Shown here one piece after another: positions 9,756-20,004 of a DNA stretch of 64,000 bases. Under the pieces are notes generated by a model. That model was not told the origin of the DNA, did not search any database, and worked only from the letters and a program-made list of their open reading frames with translations. The translations under genes and the position numbers were made by a program. Position 1 is the first letter of the stretch. Every line of letters starts with the position of its first letter. Source of the stretch: a virus (Duplodnaviria > Caudoviricetes); the IMG/VR virus record IMGVR_UViG_3300028833_000142, positions 11,927 to 75,926 of that record; one strand, 5' to 3'.

Positions 9756-11477
9756 ATGACAATTTATTCACAAGAAATTTTAAATAATATTAAAGAAAAA
9801 ATAAATTATTTTGAATTTTACCAAAAATTTTTCCCAGATTTACAAAATAATAGAGGTAAAGTTTTTGTTGTATGTCCGTTTCATAAAGAGCAGGTTGGAA
9901 GTTTTCAAATAGATTTAGAACTTGGACTTTGGAGATGTTGGGCTGAAGGTATATATGGTGATGTATTTACTTTTTATATGAAGTATTACAATATGTCGTT
10001 TCCAGAAGCTGTAGAATCTTTAGCTGAACAATATGGTGTAGAATTAGTTGTTGACCCAGAAGAACAAAAGAAAAGAGATTATAAAAATAATTTATACAAA
10101 ATAAATAAAATTATTTGTAATAAATTTGAAGAAAATTTAATGAAGGATAATGAAGCTTGGAATTATATTACAAAAATTAGAGGTTTTTCCCCGAAAATTG
10201 TAAAAGAGTTCCATTTTGGTCAAGGTTTAGATGAGTTACCTATAACAAATGGTTTACAAAGTGTTGGTTTATTATCTAACTATCACGACACACTTAAACC
10301 TGTATTTACCTCTGACCGTATCACGATACCTATTCAAGACGAAAGGGGTAATATTACTTCTTTTGTAGGTCGTGCATTTAGAGGTGATGAAAGTCGTAAA
10401 TATATGTATACACATAATACAGACATCCATTCAAAATCAGATGTTGTATTTGGTTTATATCAAGCAAAAGAGTATATTAAAAGGTTTAAAAGTGTTGTGG
10501 TAGTTGAAGGTCAACTTGATATGATTAAATGTTACCAAAAAGGTATAGTTAATACCGTATGTTTGGGCGGTTTATATTTTTCTGATAATCAAATAAATTT
10601 ACTTAAAAAGTATACTTCAACCTTTTATATATGCGTAGAAGATGAAGCAATTTTAAGAAGTCCAGAAGGTAAAGATAACATACAAAAAGCACCTTTAACA
10701 AGAATGTATGAAAAAATAAAAGAAATTATACCTTATGCAAAGGTATATGTGGTTGACCTTAGACACACTGACGGTACAAAGTGTGACCCAGATATGTATT
10801 TAGAAGAAAACACAAAAGCCGATTTTATGGAAAAGGTAAAACATGCTAAAATTTACAACGAATTTGTAATAGATGTATTATTAAAGTCTTGCAACCCTAA
10901 AAACATCGAAGAAAAAACGGCTTGTATAAATATGCTTATTCCTAAATTAGTAAGTATTCAAAACTATTTAGACCGCAGACAATATATTGAACTTGTAAGT
11001 AATAAACTTTTAATACCAGAGAACGATATATACCGTAAGGTTAAATTCTATTCTGAGAAACAAGAAAAATTAAATACAGCTAATTTAAAATGGGATAGTA
11101 AACCTATTTATGCACAAAAGATATTGTTATCAATTTGCTTTGCAAAAAACTTTAGTCAACATAAAGCTTTGGCGTATGTAGTGTTGTTAGCTAAAGATAA
11201 AATGGAAGAGTTTTATCGCAATATATTATGTGAAATAATAGCACCATATATTGATGACCAGTTTAAAGAAACGGGCTCAGAAACAATAAACTTTGATAAA
11301 TTTTTCTCAGAAGTGGTTCATAATCCAGATTTAGATGTTATGATACAAAACACAATTGTAGATTGTTATATGAAAGCAGAACAATTAGAAGATTTAGATG
11401 ATGAAGATTTACAAAATTTAATAGAAGAACAGGTAGATACACTAAAAGATTATGTATATACCGAAGTAACAGTTTAG
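9756..11477 (+). CDS. dnaG: DNA primase, DnaG-type
   Basis: CPFH...CW zinc-binding domain, FVGRA, KYMYT, VVEGQLD TOPRIM, DPD. Confidence 0.92.
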   Translation: MTIYSQEILNNIKEKINYFEFYQKFFPDLQNNRGKVFVVCPFHKEQVGSFQIDLELGLWRCWAEGIYGDVFTFYMKYYNMSFPEAVESLAEQYGVELVVDPEEQKKRDYKNNLYKINKIICNKFEENLMKDNEAWNYITKIRGFSPKIVKEFHFGQGLDELPITNGLQSVGLLSNYHDTLKPVFTSDRITIPIQDERGNITSFVGRAFRGDESRKYMYTHNTDIHSKSDVVFGLYQAKEYIKRFKSVVVVEGQLDMIKCYQKGIVNTVCLGGLYFSDNQINLLKKYTSTFYICVEDEAILRSPEGKDNIQKAPLTRMYEKIKEIIPYAKVYVVDLRHTDGTKCDPDMYLEENTKADFMEKVKHAKIYNEFVIDVLLKSCNPKNIEEKTACINMLIPKLVSIQNYLDRRQYIELVSNKLLIPENDIYRKVKFYSEKQEKLNTANLKWDSKPIYAQKILLSICFAKNFSQHKALAYVVLLAKDKMEEFYRNILCEIIAPYIDDQFKETGSETINFDKFFSEVVHNPDLDVMIQNTIVDCYMKAEQLEDLDDEDLQNLIEEQVDTLKDYVYTEVTV

Positions 11478-11488
11478 AAAGGATTTTT

Positions 11489-12118
11489 ATGAGAAGAAAA
11501 AAAATTAATTTTACACCGTTAATTTTATTGATTTTTCTTATTTTTATGTCATTTAAAGTGGTAAAATTAGAAAGAGAAATTGAAAATTTAAAGAGTAATG
11601 AAACACTTATTTTATTACAACTTGAAACAGAAGAAAAAGACTTAAATAGAGTACACACAAAGGTTTTAGATTTGGATAGTATAATAAACAAATATGCTTC
11701 TAAATATAATGTAGAACCCAATTTGGTAAAAGCTGTGGTCAAAGTTGAAAGCAGTAATAACCCGAACGCTACAAGTAAAGCGGGAGCCATAGGTTTAGGG
11801 CAATTAACTTTATCTACTGCAAAAGCAATGGGGGTAAACCCATATAACCCAGAGGATAATATAAAAGGCACAGTGAAATATTTAGATTATCTTAATAAAA
11901 AATTTAATGGTGATACTAAAAAAGTTTTAGCTTCATATAATGCAGGACCAAATGCAGTTCAAAAACACAACGGCATACCACCATATAAAGAAACACAGAA
12001 TTACGTTAAAAAAGTAGAACAAGAAAAGGCTAAACTCGATGCTAACACAAAAACAGATGGAACAGTTGGAACAACAGACCCAAATATTACTGTTAGAGTA
12101 TATAAAACAACTAAATAA
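11489..12118 (+). CDS. Lytic transglycosylase (SLT) with N-terminal membrane anchor
   Basis: AVVKVESSNNPNATSKAGAIGLGQL, LASYNAG and ETQNYV motifs. Confidence 0.92.
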   Translation: MRRKKINFTPLILLIFLIFMSFKVVKLEREIENLKSNETLILLQLETEEKDLNRVHTKVLDLDSIINKYASKYNVEPNLVKAVVKVESSNNPNATSKAGAIGLGQLTLSTAKAMGVNPYNPEDNIKGTVKYLDYLNKKFNGDTKKVLASYNAGPNAVQKHNGIPPYKETQNYVKKVEQEKAKLDANTKTDGTVGTTDPNITVRVYKTTK

Positions 12119-12222
12119 AATAATTCAAGAAGACTTGACAAAAAATAAAAAGTATGATATACTTAATGAGTAAACAAAAAACAAAGGTTTACGGTAGGTT
12201 TTAACAAAAGAAGGAGAAAAAA

Positions 12223-12978
12223 ATGACAGATTTTATTGAAGTCAAAAATGCAAAAATTTCATTTTCAACAATGAAAAACAAAGACACAAAAAAATTATTT
12301 GGTAGAGTATTTAAGGTTTTAGTTCCAGTAGGTTCACCAGAACTTGAAAAAACTATTGGACAATATAAGGCTTTGAATGATTTAGCTAAAACAACTTATG
12401 GCGAAAAAGAAGGCAAAAAAATTAAAAATGCTAAGTCTGTAGATGATGTATTTGCAGAAAGTATTTACAATGAAGGTTTTGTTGAATTAGCTTTTAACGT
12501 ATCATATTTTAATGATGAAGTTAAAACTGATGAAGACGGTAATCCTTTGACTGATGAAAATGGTAAAGAGATTACTGAAAAAGTTGAAAAACTTAATCCA
12601 GTTTATAAGAAAAATCCTAATTTTACCTATATTTTAGATAATAATGGCAACAAAGTTTTTGAATATGATGAAGGTAAATATTGGGCACCGCTTTCTGGTA
12701 ATACAGTAAATATTAAATATAGTTTGGTTGCAAAATATTCTAAAAAGAATAATCAACCTATCATTCAGTTAAAAGCAGAAGAAGTACAATTGCTGGATAC
12801 AGAATTTAGAGAGAAGAAAAGCGGTAGTAGTTTAGGTTTCTTAACTTTGTCTAGTGAAGACGAAGAAATTGAACAAAAAGTAGAAAAAACTGCACCTAAA
12901 GCTAAAAAAACTAAATCTGTAGAAGAAGATGAAAGTGCTACATTTACAGCAGAAGAATTAGCATCGTTGGATATTTAA
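12223..12978 (+). CDS. Putative single-stranded DNA-binding protein
   Basis: Replication context, own promoter, beta-rich body, acidic C-terminal tail ending LDI. Confidence 0.5.
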   Translation: MTDFIEVKNAKISFSTMKNKDTKKLFGRVFKVLVPVGSPELEKTIGQYKALNDLAKTTYGEKEGKKIKNAKSVDDVFAESIYNEGFVELAFNVSYFNDEVKTDEDGNPLTDENGKEITEKVEKLNPVYKKNPNFTYILDNNGNKVFEYDEGKYWAPLSGNTVNIKYSLVAKYSKKNNQPIIQLKAEEVQLLDTEFREKKSGSSLGFLTLSSEDEEIEQKVEKTAPKAKKTKSVEEDESATFTAEELASLDI

Positions 12979-12988
12979 GAGGTGAACT

Positions 12989-13579
12989 ATGGAAGTAAAA
13001 GTAGGGAAAGTAGAACTTAGTGTTACTAACAATGGTACACCAAAAGTAAATATATATCCAGAAGGTAGTGATTTTGAAAATATAGCTGAATCTATAGAAA
13101 TTATAGGTGAAGAAAGTATTTATGCTATGACTCGTAAAGCAGGTGATGTAATAAATATCATAGAAAAGGGTAAATGGAAAAATTTAGAAATTCCAACCGA
13201 TTATATGAAGCTTTTAAACTCACCTACTTACGACAGAGTAAAATTACTATTCAGACGTAGTATTGCTGGGGTAAATAAGGCAGTAAACGGTGTAAGAACC
13301 CAAATTGACCTTGATACTGCAAAAATGTTAATTGTAGATAATTTAGAATTACAGTTAAAGGTAGCAAATTGTGTTATAGATACATTAAAAAATTCTAAAA
13401 CAGATTTTGCTAAACAAATTATCGGTGATTTAAAATCTGGAAACCCAGAAGCTGTACATAATGCTTTAAAAATAGTAAACGATTTAACCTTTAAAAACAT
13501 TAGTGAAATATCTAAGGATTACAAGATATTAAACGACTGTGAAGAGGTTAAAGAATCTAAAGTAAAGAAAAAATCTTAG
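12989..13579 (+). CDS. Hypothetical protein
   Basis: GAGG RBS; 196-aa ORF followed by a terminator. Confidence 0.7.
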   Translation: MEVKVGKVELSVTNNGTPKVNIYPEGSDFENIAESIEIIGEESIYAMTRKAGDVINIIEKGKWKNLEIPTDYMKLLNSPTYDRVKLLFRRSIAGVNKAVNGVRTQIDLDTAKMLIVDNLELQLKVANCVIDTLKNSKTDFAKQIIGDLKSGNPEAVHNALKIVNDLTFKNISEISKDYKILNDCEEVKESKVKKKS

Positions 13580-13607
13580 ACATACCTCCCTCCTTACTGA
13601 CTAAGAG

Positions 13608-13643
13608 ATATACCACTGGTTTTCATATCGGTGGTATATTTTT
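13608..13643 (+). terminator. Intrinsic terminator
   Basis: ATATACCACTG...CGGTGGTATAT followed by a T-run. Confidence 0.7.
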
Positions 13644-13695
13644 GTTGACAAAAAAATATTTATATGTTATAATGTTCACATCGGAGGTATAAATA

Positions 13696-15174
13696 ATGGT
13701 TTTAAACTTAGAAAACGCATTAAATAAACAACCAAGTAAGGTTGAAGAAAAGATTTTAAAGGCTATTTTTAAGAAAAATGATTCAATAATAGATGTTGTA
13801 GATATAATAACACCCCAAATGTTCACAATAGCTGAATATGCCAACATATACGAAGCTATGATAAGTCTATACAAATCTAATAGTAAAATAACGGATGATT
13901 CAGTAAAATTATGGCTAGAAGATAATGGGTATGTTGTAGATTTTAATGTTGTAAAAAAACTATATAATGAAGGATATACCGCTATTAAAATTAAAGAAAG
14001 CGGTTTAATACTTAGAGAACTTCATAACAGAAGGTATATGTTATCTAAAATACACGAAATTATTGATAAACAAGAAGAGAAACCTACTGTAAGTGAAGAC
14101 ATACTGCAACAAATAAATAATATTGCAATAAAATCTGGTGAACAAATTAGTTATAATGATAGTGCCACTAGATGTTTTAGTGATAAAAATAGGATATTGG
14201 CTGATATAGATTCAAGACTTAATAGACCAGAAGCGGAAATTGGATTAATTACTGGTTGGAAATCTATTGATTTTGATTTAGGTGGGTTTTATAGAGGTCA
14301 ACTTATTTGTTTATGTGCTTCTTCTGGTGCAGGGAAAAGTTGGATAAGTTGGGAAACATGTATACAAATGTGTATGAATAACCCTAATCTTAAAGCATTA
14401 TATTTTTCTTTGGAAATGAAAAAGGATGAATTAGAAGATAGGGCTATTTCTATATTATCTGGTATACCAACTAACGCTATTCAAAGACCAAGACAATATT
14501 TTAAAAAATATGATGAAACTGGTGTGTTGCACGATTATTTTTTAGAAGATAAAAAAAGAGTAGAAGAATTTAAAAGTAAAATAAAAGATGCGGTTAATAC
14601 ATTGGCTAATCTTAATATCACGATTGATGATGAAGGCGGTTTAAAAATTGAAGATATACTTGCTAGAATACAAAGATATATTTTAAAAAATGGTGGTTGC
14701 GATTTAATATTTATAGACCACACATATTTATTAAGAAATATAAATGTAGATATGGGAACATCTGATGAATTTGGTAATATTTATTATTCTTTAAAAAATG
14801 TTGCTAAAAAATATAATTGTGTAGTATATGCTTTACATCAATTGAATATGGAAGTAAAAAATAATTCAGATAGAAGACCAAGTATATATAATATTAGGGG
14901 GTCTTCACAAATTATAGATAACTGTGATGTATTAATGTTGCTTTATAATTCAAATATACATAAGGATTTAATTAAACAAAATCCAGAACTTAAAGACATA
15001 ATTGATATTACTTTTGGTAAAGTTCGTTCAAATAAATTACCAGATAGTATAGAACTAAAATTTACAAATAATGGTATTGTAGAGAAGTTACCTTCAGAAC
15101 TTACTGGTAAAATTTTGAGTGGTAAAACATTTTTAGATTTAGACGGAAATTTAGAGGTAGACGAAGATGAATAG
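13696..15174 (+). CDS. dnaB: Replicative helicase, DnaB family
   Basis: ASSGAGKS Walker A, YFSLEM, IFIDH, LHQLN, RPSIYNIRGSSQI and KVR motifs. Confidence 0.92.
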   Translation: MVLNLENALNKQPSKVEEKILKAIFKKNDSIIDVVDIITPQMFTIAEYANIYEAMISLYKSNSKITDDSVKLWLEDNGYVVDFNVVKKLYNEGYTAIKIKESGLILRELHNRRYMLSKIHEIIDKQEEKPTVSEDILQQINNIAIKSGEQISYNDSATRCFSDKNRILADIDSRLNRPEAEIGLITGWKSIDFDLGGFYRGQLICLCASSGAGKSWISWETCIQMCMNNPNLKALYFSLEMKKDELEDRAISILSGIPTNAIQRPRQYFKKYDETGVLHDYFLEDKKRVEEFKSKIKDAVNTLANLNITIDDEGGLKIEDILARIQRYILKNGGCDLIFIDHTYLLRNINVDMGTSDEFGNIYYSLKNVAKKYNCVVYALHQLNMEVKNNSDRRPSIYNIRGSSQIIDNCDVLMLLYNSNIHKDLIKQNPELKDIIDITFGKVRSNKLPDSIELKFTNNGIVEKLPSELTGKILSGKTFLDLDGNLEVDEDE

Positions 15175-15313
15175 AAAAATTGAACAGTTAATTTTGCTTT
15201 TGCAACATATAGAAGAAGATGATTTAGACGGAATTATATATGAATGTAACACAACAGATGAAGTAATAATGGCTATAAAGGCACAATTAGAGTGTGAATA
15301 CGGAGAGGTGTAA
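15167..15313 (+). CDS. Small hypothetical protein (48 aa)
   Basis: GAGG RBS; overlaps the dnaB stop; fills the gap to the next gene. Confidence 0.5.
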   Translation: MNRKIEQLILLLQHIEEDDLDGIIYECNTTDEVIMAIKAQLECEYGEV

Positions 15314-15314
15314 A

Positions 15315-15626
15315 ATGAAATTTAATATATCAGAAGTTGTTTTAGATAAGGTACTTAAAGAAAAAGAAAAAGAAATAACAGGTTATGCTTATGAAAAATA
15401 TAAGTATGTAGATTTTATTTTGTTTTTGTTCAACCAATTAGCAGATAATTATAGTGTTAAGGGTTTAGTAAATTTAATTTATAGTGAACCACTTGAATAT
15501 AACGAACATCCTTATAAATATAACGGTTCATTTTCTAAGGCTAAAATGATAACTTTTTTATTGAATAAAGATGATAATTATTTATTGTGGGTAATTAAAA
15601 AACTTATAGATTATGAGGGTAAATAA
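15315..15626 (+). CDS. Hypothetical protein
   Basis: GAGGTG RBS before ATG 15315. Confidence 0.6.
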   Translation: MKFNISEVVLDKVLKEKEKEITGYAYEKYKYVDFILFLFNQLADNYSVKGLVNLIYSEPLEYNEHPYKYNGSFSKAKMITFLLNKDDNYLLWVIKKLIDYEGK

Positions 15627-16177
15627 TGACTAAAAAATACTCTTTAATATATGCAGACCCCCCGTGGAATGTAAAAAAAATAAAACGTAAATGTAGACCT
15701 AATCAGGTAGATTTTGATTATCCTACACTTACATTAGAACAAATAAAGTCTATTCCAGTTGGTACACTCGCAGATGAAAATTGTTGTTTATTTTTATGGA
15801 CTACACAAGCATATTTACCTAAAGCTTTTGAAGTTATGGAATCTTGGGGTTTTAAATATCAAAGAACTATAACTTGGGATAAACAAAATGGAATGTGTCT
15901 ATTCGGTTTTCATAACAGAACAGAATTTTTACTTTTCGGTTATAAGGGAAAAATAGATATGTACCCTAAACGCAAAACTATACCAACAATATTTCAGATT
16001 TCTTCTAAAAAACTTAGACATTCACAAAAGCCAGATGAAATTAGAAATGCAATAGAAGTTTTTGCAAATAATGGTAATAAAATAGAACTATTTGCTAGAA
16101 GTAAATCTGAAGGTTGGGATGTATGGGGAAATGAAGTAGAAAGTGATATAAATTTAGAGGTAAATAATGAAAAATAA
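15626..16177 (+). CDS. MT-A70 family N6-adenine methyltransferase
   Basis: IYADPPW, LFLWTT, WGF, HSQKP and IELFAR motifs. Confidence 0.92.
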   Translation: MTKKYSLIYADPPWNVKKIKRKCRPNQVDFDYPTLTLEQIKSIPVGTLADENCCLFLWTTQAYLPKAFEVMESWGFKYQRTITWDKQNGMCLFGFHNRTEFLLFGYKGKIDMYPKRKTIPTIFQISSKKLRHSQKPDEIRNAIEVFANNGNKIELFARSKSEGWDVWGNEVESDINLEVNNEK

Positions 16178-16565
16178 TATAGAATTTAGAATACCTATGT
16201 TTACTGATAAAGATAATTTTAGCGAATTTCAATATATTGAATTAGGTGATGATATTGAATGTACCTTGTGTGGACATAATGGTGAACCAGAACAGTATAC
16301 TGGTAGAAAAGATTGTATGGGTAAAAAAATATTTGATAATGATATTGTTACTGTTACAGGTTCAAATGGTATGTTTTGGACTTATATTGTAAAATATGAT
16401 AAAAAGAAATATAAATGGGTTCTTTTATATCCTAATGAAAAATATGCTAGAGATTTCAGCAAAGAATATGCACAATCTAATAAAAAATTATATAGCAGAG
16501 GCTATTATATAGTAGGGAATATACATCAAAATAAAGATTTGCTAGTAAAAGAGGGGGCATATTAA
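16167..16565 (+). CDS. YopX family protein
   Basis: QYTGRKDCMGKKIFDNDIV ... IVGNIHQN. Confidence 0.85.
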   Translation: MKNNIEFRIPMFTDKDNFSEFQYIELGDDIECTLCGHNGEPEQYTGRKDCMGKKIFDNDIVTVTGSNGMFWTYIVKYDKKKYKWVLLYPNEKYARDFSKEYAQSNKKLYSRGYYIVGNIHQNKDLLVKEGAY

Positions 16566-17260
16566 TGACTAAACAAAATCAGATTATACTTGCAATAGAT
16601 TATAGTTTAAACGGTTCTAGTTTTATATTTGGGGATGAAAACGGTAAACTTTGGGCTTTCAAATATTTTTCAAAGTTAAAATCAGACCATAAAAATCCTA
16701 ATTGTTCACCTATTTATGATGAAACATCAGAAAACAAACTAGACAATGTTATATGTGCGTTTTTACAAGATATAAATAAAGTAGATTTGGTTGTGTTAGA
16801 AAGCAGAAGTTTTAACTCTTCCAATGCTTCAACATCATTTTTAGATGGCTATTCTATAATAAGTTATTTATGCAGACGCTTAGATATACCTATAATACAG
16901 ATACCGCCTATTACTAACAAAATGTTTTTTACAGATGATGCAAAGGCAGATAAAAAGAAGATGGTGGCAAGGGCACGTGAACTGTATGGTAAAGAGATAG
17001 ATTTTGATAGTATTAGTAGCAAACACCAAGAAGATGTAGCAGACAGTTTGAGTTTATATAAAATAGGTTCTACCTACTTAAAATGTAATCGTTTGCCTGC
17101 ACCTAAAGGATATGTTGGAACAAGTGATATAAAACCATTCGATGTTTTACCTTTAAATGAGCAAATGGTTATAGCTAAATTACGTGGTAGAGAAGATTTA
17201 TATAATGAGGCTAAAAAACTTAGAGAAAAGAAAAAGAAGCTTGACAAAGGTTTTAAATAA
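16565..17260 (+). CDS. RuvC-like Holliday junction resolvase
   Basis: ILAIDYSLNGS, VVLES, ADKKKMV and DVADSL motifs. Confidence 0.75.
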   Translation: MTKQNQIILAIDYSLNGSSFIFGDENGKLWAFKYFSKLKSDHKNPNCSPIYDETSENKLDNVICAFLQDINKVDLVVLESRSFNSSNASTSFLDGYSIISYLCRRLDIPIIQIPPITNKMFFTDDAKADKKKMVARARELYGKEIDFDSISSKHQEDVADSLSLYKIGSTYLKCNRLPAPKGYVGTSDIKPFDVLPLNEQMVIAKLRGREDLYNEAKKLREKKKKLDKGFK

Positions 17261-17287
17261 TGCTATTATATGTTTGGAGGTATATAG

Positions 17288-17617
17288 ATGAATAAATTTG
17301 AATACAAATTTACAACTGAAAAGAAAATGCTTGCAACAGTTAATCGTATCGAAAAATGTTGCAAAGAGCAAGGACTTTATTACTTAGGTGATGGTATTGA
17401 ATTTAATTATGAAAAAGATGAAAATGCAAAGTCTGTAAGAATGAGATTATTTGACGGACATAATGCTTTTCTTTCCGTGCAATATCATGTAGATAAAGGT
17501 GATGATAACCACAGTATAAGTAATACAGAGTTTTTCAGATACTCTCTTGATGATAGTAAAAAAGCATTTAATAAAATGCGTGAGTTATTAATTAAATATA
17601 AAGGAAAGAAAATATAG
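17288..17617 (+). CDS. Hypothetical protein
   Basis: GGAGG RBS and upstream sigma70-like promoter. Confidence 0.65.
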   Translation: MNKFEYKFTTEKKMLATVNRIEKCCKEQGLYYLGDGIEFNYEKDENAKSVRMRLFDGHNAFLSVQYHVDKGDDNHSISNTEFFRYSLDDSKKAFNKMRELLIKYKGKKI

Positions 17618-18001
17618 ATGCAAATAGTAACAGAAGAACAAATAAAGAAGGCTTTAGAAGAAGCTGGTATAGAAATAAAAGGGAACTGCTTCTATGAATT
17701 AGACGATGGTGGTTTTGGTAAAGTTATTAACTTGCCAAGATTTCGTACAAGACTTCAGATTCATGAAATAGACGATGAGACAAAGGTTTCCTATATTTGT
17801 GGTATAAATAAGATAAACAAGAAAAAGTTGTCTTATACAGATAGGTATACGGGTTGTCTACATTGGGTTGTAAGACCCGAAAATCTTATAGATGCTATGT
17901 GGTTAGAGTGTAATAAGTTTACGGTTATTGAGAATTTAAGAGCTTGCAGGAATGCAGATTTATTTAAAAGAATAGTGAAGGAGCTTGAGGAACAACCATG
18001 A
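17618..18001 (+). CDS. Hypothetical protein
   Basis: Abuts the upstream gene. Confidence 0.6.
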   Translation: MQIVTEEQIKKALEEAGIEIKGNCFYELDDGGFGKVINLPRFRTRLQIHEIDDETKVSYICGINKINKKKLSYTDRYTGCLHWVVRPENLIDAMWLECNKFTVIENLRACRNADLFKRIVKELEEQP

Positions 18002-18450
18002 AAAGAATAATAGTAGTCATAAGTGAAAATGAAAACAAGAAATTAGAATATCTTTCAAGAAATGTAGAAAGATATACAACTCATTATAATCCTGAAAATA
18101 ATAAACACCCAAAAGTACAGAAAGAATTTATAGAAAATATAATTCAAGATGCTAATATTTATCATAAACAAATATGTATTGCAACCAATAGTCCTTATGT
18201 TCTTACTACATTAAATAATTTATTATATGCGGGAAGATTAAAGGATAAAATTTCAAAAGAAAAATTTGTAGAAATAATGGGTAATGTATCTAATTATATT
18301 CTTCCTAATGAATTGGAAGTTATTAATCTTGATACAAGTAAATCCATAATAGAAGATAATGAAATTCTTGCTGAAGCAATAGATACTGTTTCTGATGAGA
18401 TTAGTAAACAATATACAGCATTGTACGATGTAGAAATGGAAGGGGTGTAA
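17998..18450 (+). CDS. Degenerate C-terminal half of an ABC/AAA_15-type ATPase
   Basis: PENNKHPKVQ resembles EEPExxLHPxxQ; IATNSPYVLTTLNNL resembles ITTHSPYIL..LNN; no Walker A. Confidence 0.55.
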   Translation: MKRIIVVISENENKKLEYLSRNVERYTTHYNPENNKHPKVQKEFIENIIQDANIYHKQICIATNSPYVLTTLNNLLYAGRLKDKISKEKFVEIMGNVSNYILPNELEVINLDTSKSIIEDNEILAEAIDTVSDEISKQYTALYDVEMEGV

Positions 18451-18451
18451 A

Positions 18452-18745
18452 ATGTCAGAAGCAGAATATTTAGATTCAATATATCCATATACAGAAGAAT
18501 ATATTTCTGAGTTAAGAGAATTAAATCAGAAAGTTTTTGATGCTATCTCTGAACCTGAAATTGAATTAATGAAAGTAGCTTATAAAGATGCAAGTAATGC
18601 TAAAACAGGAGATAAAATTATTTGTCCTTTTTGTGGTAAAGAAATAATAAAGAAATCTTATCAACATAAATTCTGTTGTACTAAACATAAAGATAAATAT
18701 TGGAATATAATTAATCCGAGAGGTATAATGGGAGGGGTGTTATGA
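18452..18745 (+). CDS. Hypothetical zinc-binding protein
   Basis: CPFC...FCCTKH. Confidence 0.6.
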   Translation: MSEAEYLDSIYPYTEEYISELRELNQKVFDAISEPEIELMKVAYKDASNAKTGDKIICPFCGKEIIKKSYQHKFCCTKHKDKYWNIINPRGIMGGVL

Positions 18746-18924
18746 TAAATATATTTTTAACACTTTGGATAACATGTTATTGTTTATTTGTAATATTAGA
18801 TAATACACCATGTGATAATAATATAAGAAAAGCATTTTTATTTCTTACATCATTTGTAGTAAATACAGCAGCAATAGCTGTTATATGGCATAGAGAATTA
18901 AATGCTTTAATAGGAGGTAATTAA
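18742..18924 (+). CDS. Small membrane protein
   Basis: Two hydrophobic stretches; GAGG RBS. Confidence 0.55.
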   Translation: MINIFLTLWITCYCLFVILDNTPCDNNIRKAFLFLTSFVVNTAAIAVIWHRELNALIGGN

Positions 18925-19071
18925 TGATAACTAAACAACAAACATTAGATACAAATAGCGAAAGAAACGCTTTAGCAATGGCTTTATACAATTTATGTGT
19001 AAGAAATAATATAAATCCACAAGATTTTATAAAAACAATGAAAGATACTCGTAAAAATATAAGGAAAAGAC

Positions 19072-19260
19072 ATGATAATTAAAGAACAAATAGGTGAATG
19101 TTTATTAGATTGTATTCGTTCTCATTATTATGAAGGTGGATTTGACAATAAACAGAAATCATATTATAAACAAGATAAATTGATATTTGAAACTGTTTGT
19201 GATGTATTCAATTTAGATAAACAAAAATGTCTGAAAGACCGTGGATATGAGGAAGAATAA
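19072..19260 (+). CDS. Hypothetical protein
   Basis: Tightly packed operon. Confidence 0.55.
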   Translation: MIIKEQIGECLLDCIRSHYYEGGFDNKQKSYYKQDKLIFETVCDVFNLDKQKCLKDRGYEEE

Positions 19261-19491
19261 ATGCAATTTTATGTAATAAAGAAAAACAGATGGTTCGGTG
19301 CTGGTATATTAAATATAGGTCTTAAAAAATCTCATCATTATACCGACAGCGTTTTATCAGCAAAATATTATACGGATTTAAAAGAGGCAGAATATGCATT
19401 AAATTCTTACAAAGAAAACAATATATTACCTTTATATAAAGGTGAATGGAAGATAAAAAAATATGAAATTAGAGAGGTAAACAAAATATGA
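19261..19491 (+). CDS. Hypothetical protein
   Basis: Tightly packed operon; GAGG RBS. Confidence 0.55.
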   Translation: MQFYVIKKNRWFGAGILNIGLKKSHHYTDSVLSAKYYTDLKEAEYALNSYKENNILPLYKGEWKIKKYEIREVNKI

Positions 19492-20000
19492 GTGTAAAAA
19501 TATCTAAAAATAAAGAAAAAATAAAGGTTTTTGATATTTTTAATACAAATGAGGTTGTAGAGATAGAAGCTAATCCTATTATTATAAATGAAAATAAAAC
19601 ATTTTTGTATTTATATCAAAGTCGTAATAAATTTTGGTATATATATGAGTTAACAACTGGATTAACAGCTTTTAGTAATAAAAAAAGAAAAGTTTGTATA
19701 GATTTCTTGGATAAGCAAGAAAATGTGGACTATATAAACCTTGTGGCTTCAGAAAAACCTACACTTGAAGAAGTATGTAAAAACCGTATAGAATGGAATG
19801 ATTTGTATAACGAATTTGTAACAATATTTTCTTTTAATCCACCAATAGACTTTTGGGGTTTAGATGTTATAAGATTAGATTCGTTATTAAGAGTACCACA
19901 AGTGGATGGTGTAAGTACAAGTTCTTTTATCCTTAAACACTATGGTAAACGTGGGGTTGAAGTAGTTGAAAGAATGTTAGAAATAGGGAGTAGAATATAA
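19488..20000 (+). CDS. Hypothetical protein
   Basis: GAGG RBS; overlapping start/stop. Confidence 0.6.
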   Translation: MSVKISKNKEKIKVFDIFNTNEVVEIEANPIIINENKTFLYLYQSRNKFWYIYELTTGLTAFSNKKRKVCIDFLDKQENVDYINLVASEKPTLEEVCKNRIEWNDLYNEFVTIFSFNPPIDFWGLDVIRLDSLLRVPQVDGVSTSSFILKHYGKRGVEVVERMLEIGSRI

Positions 20001-20004
20001 TAAT

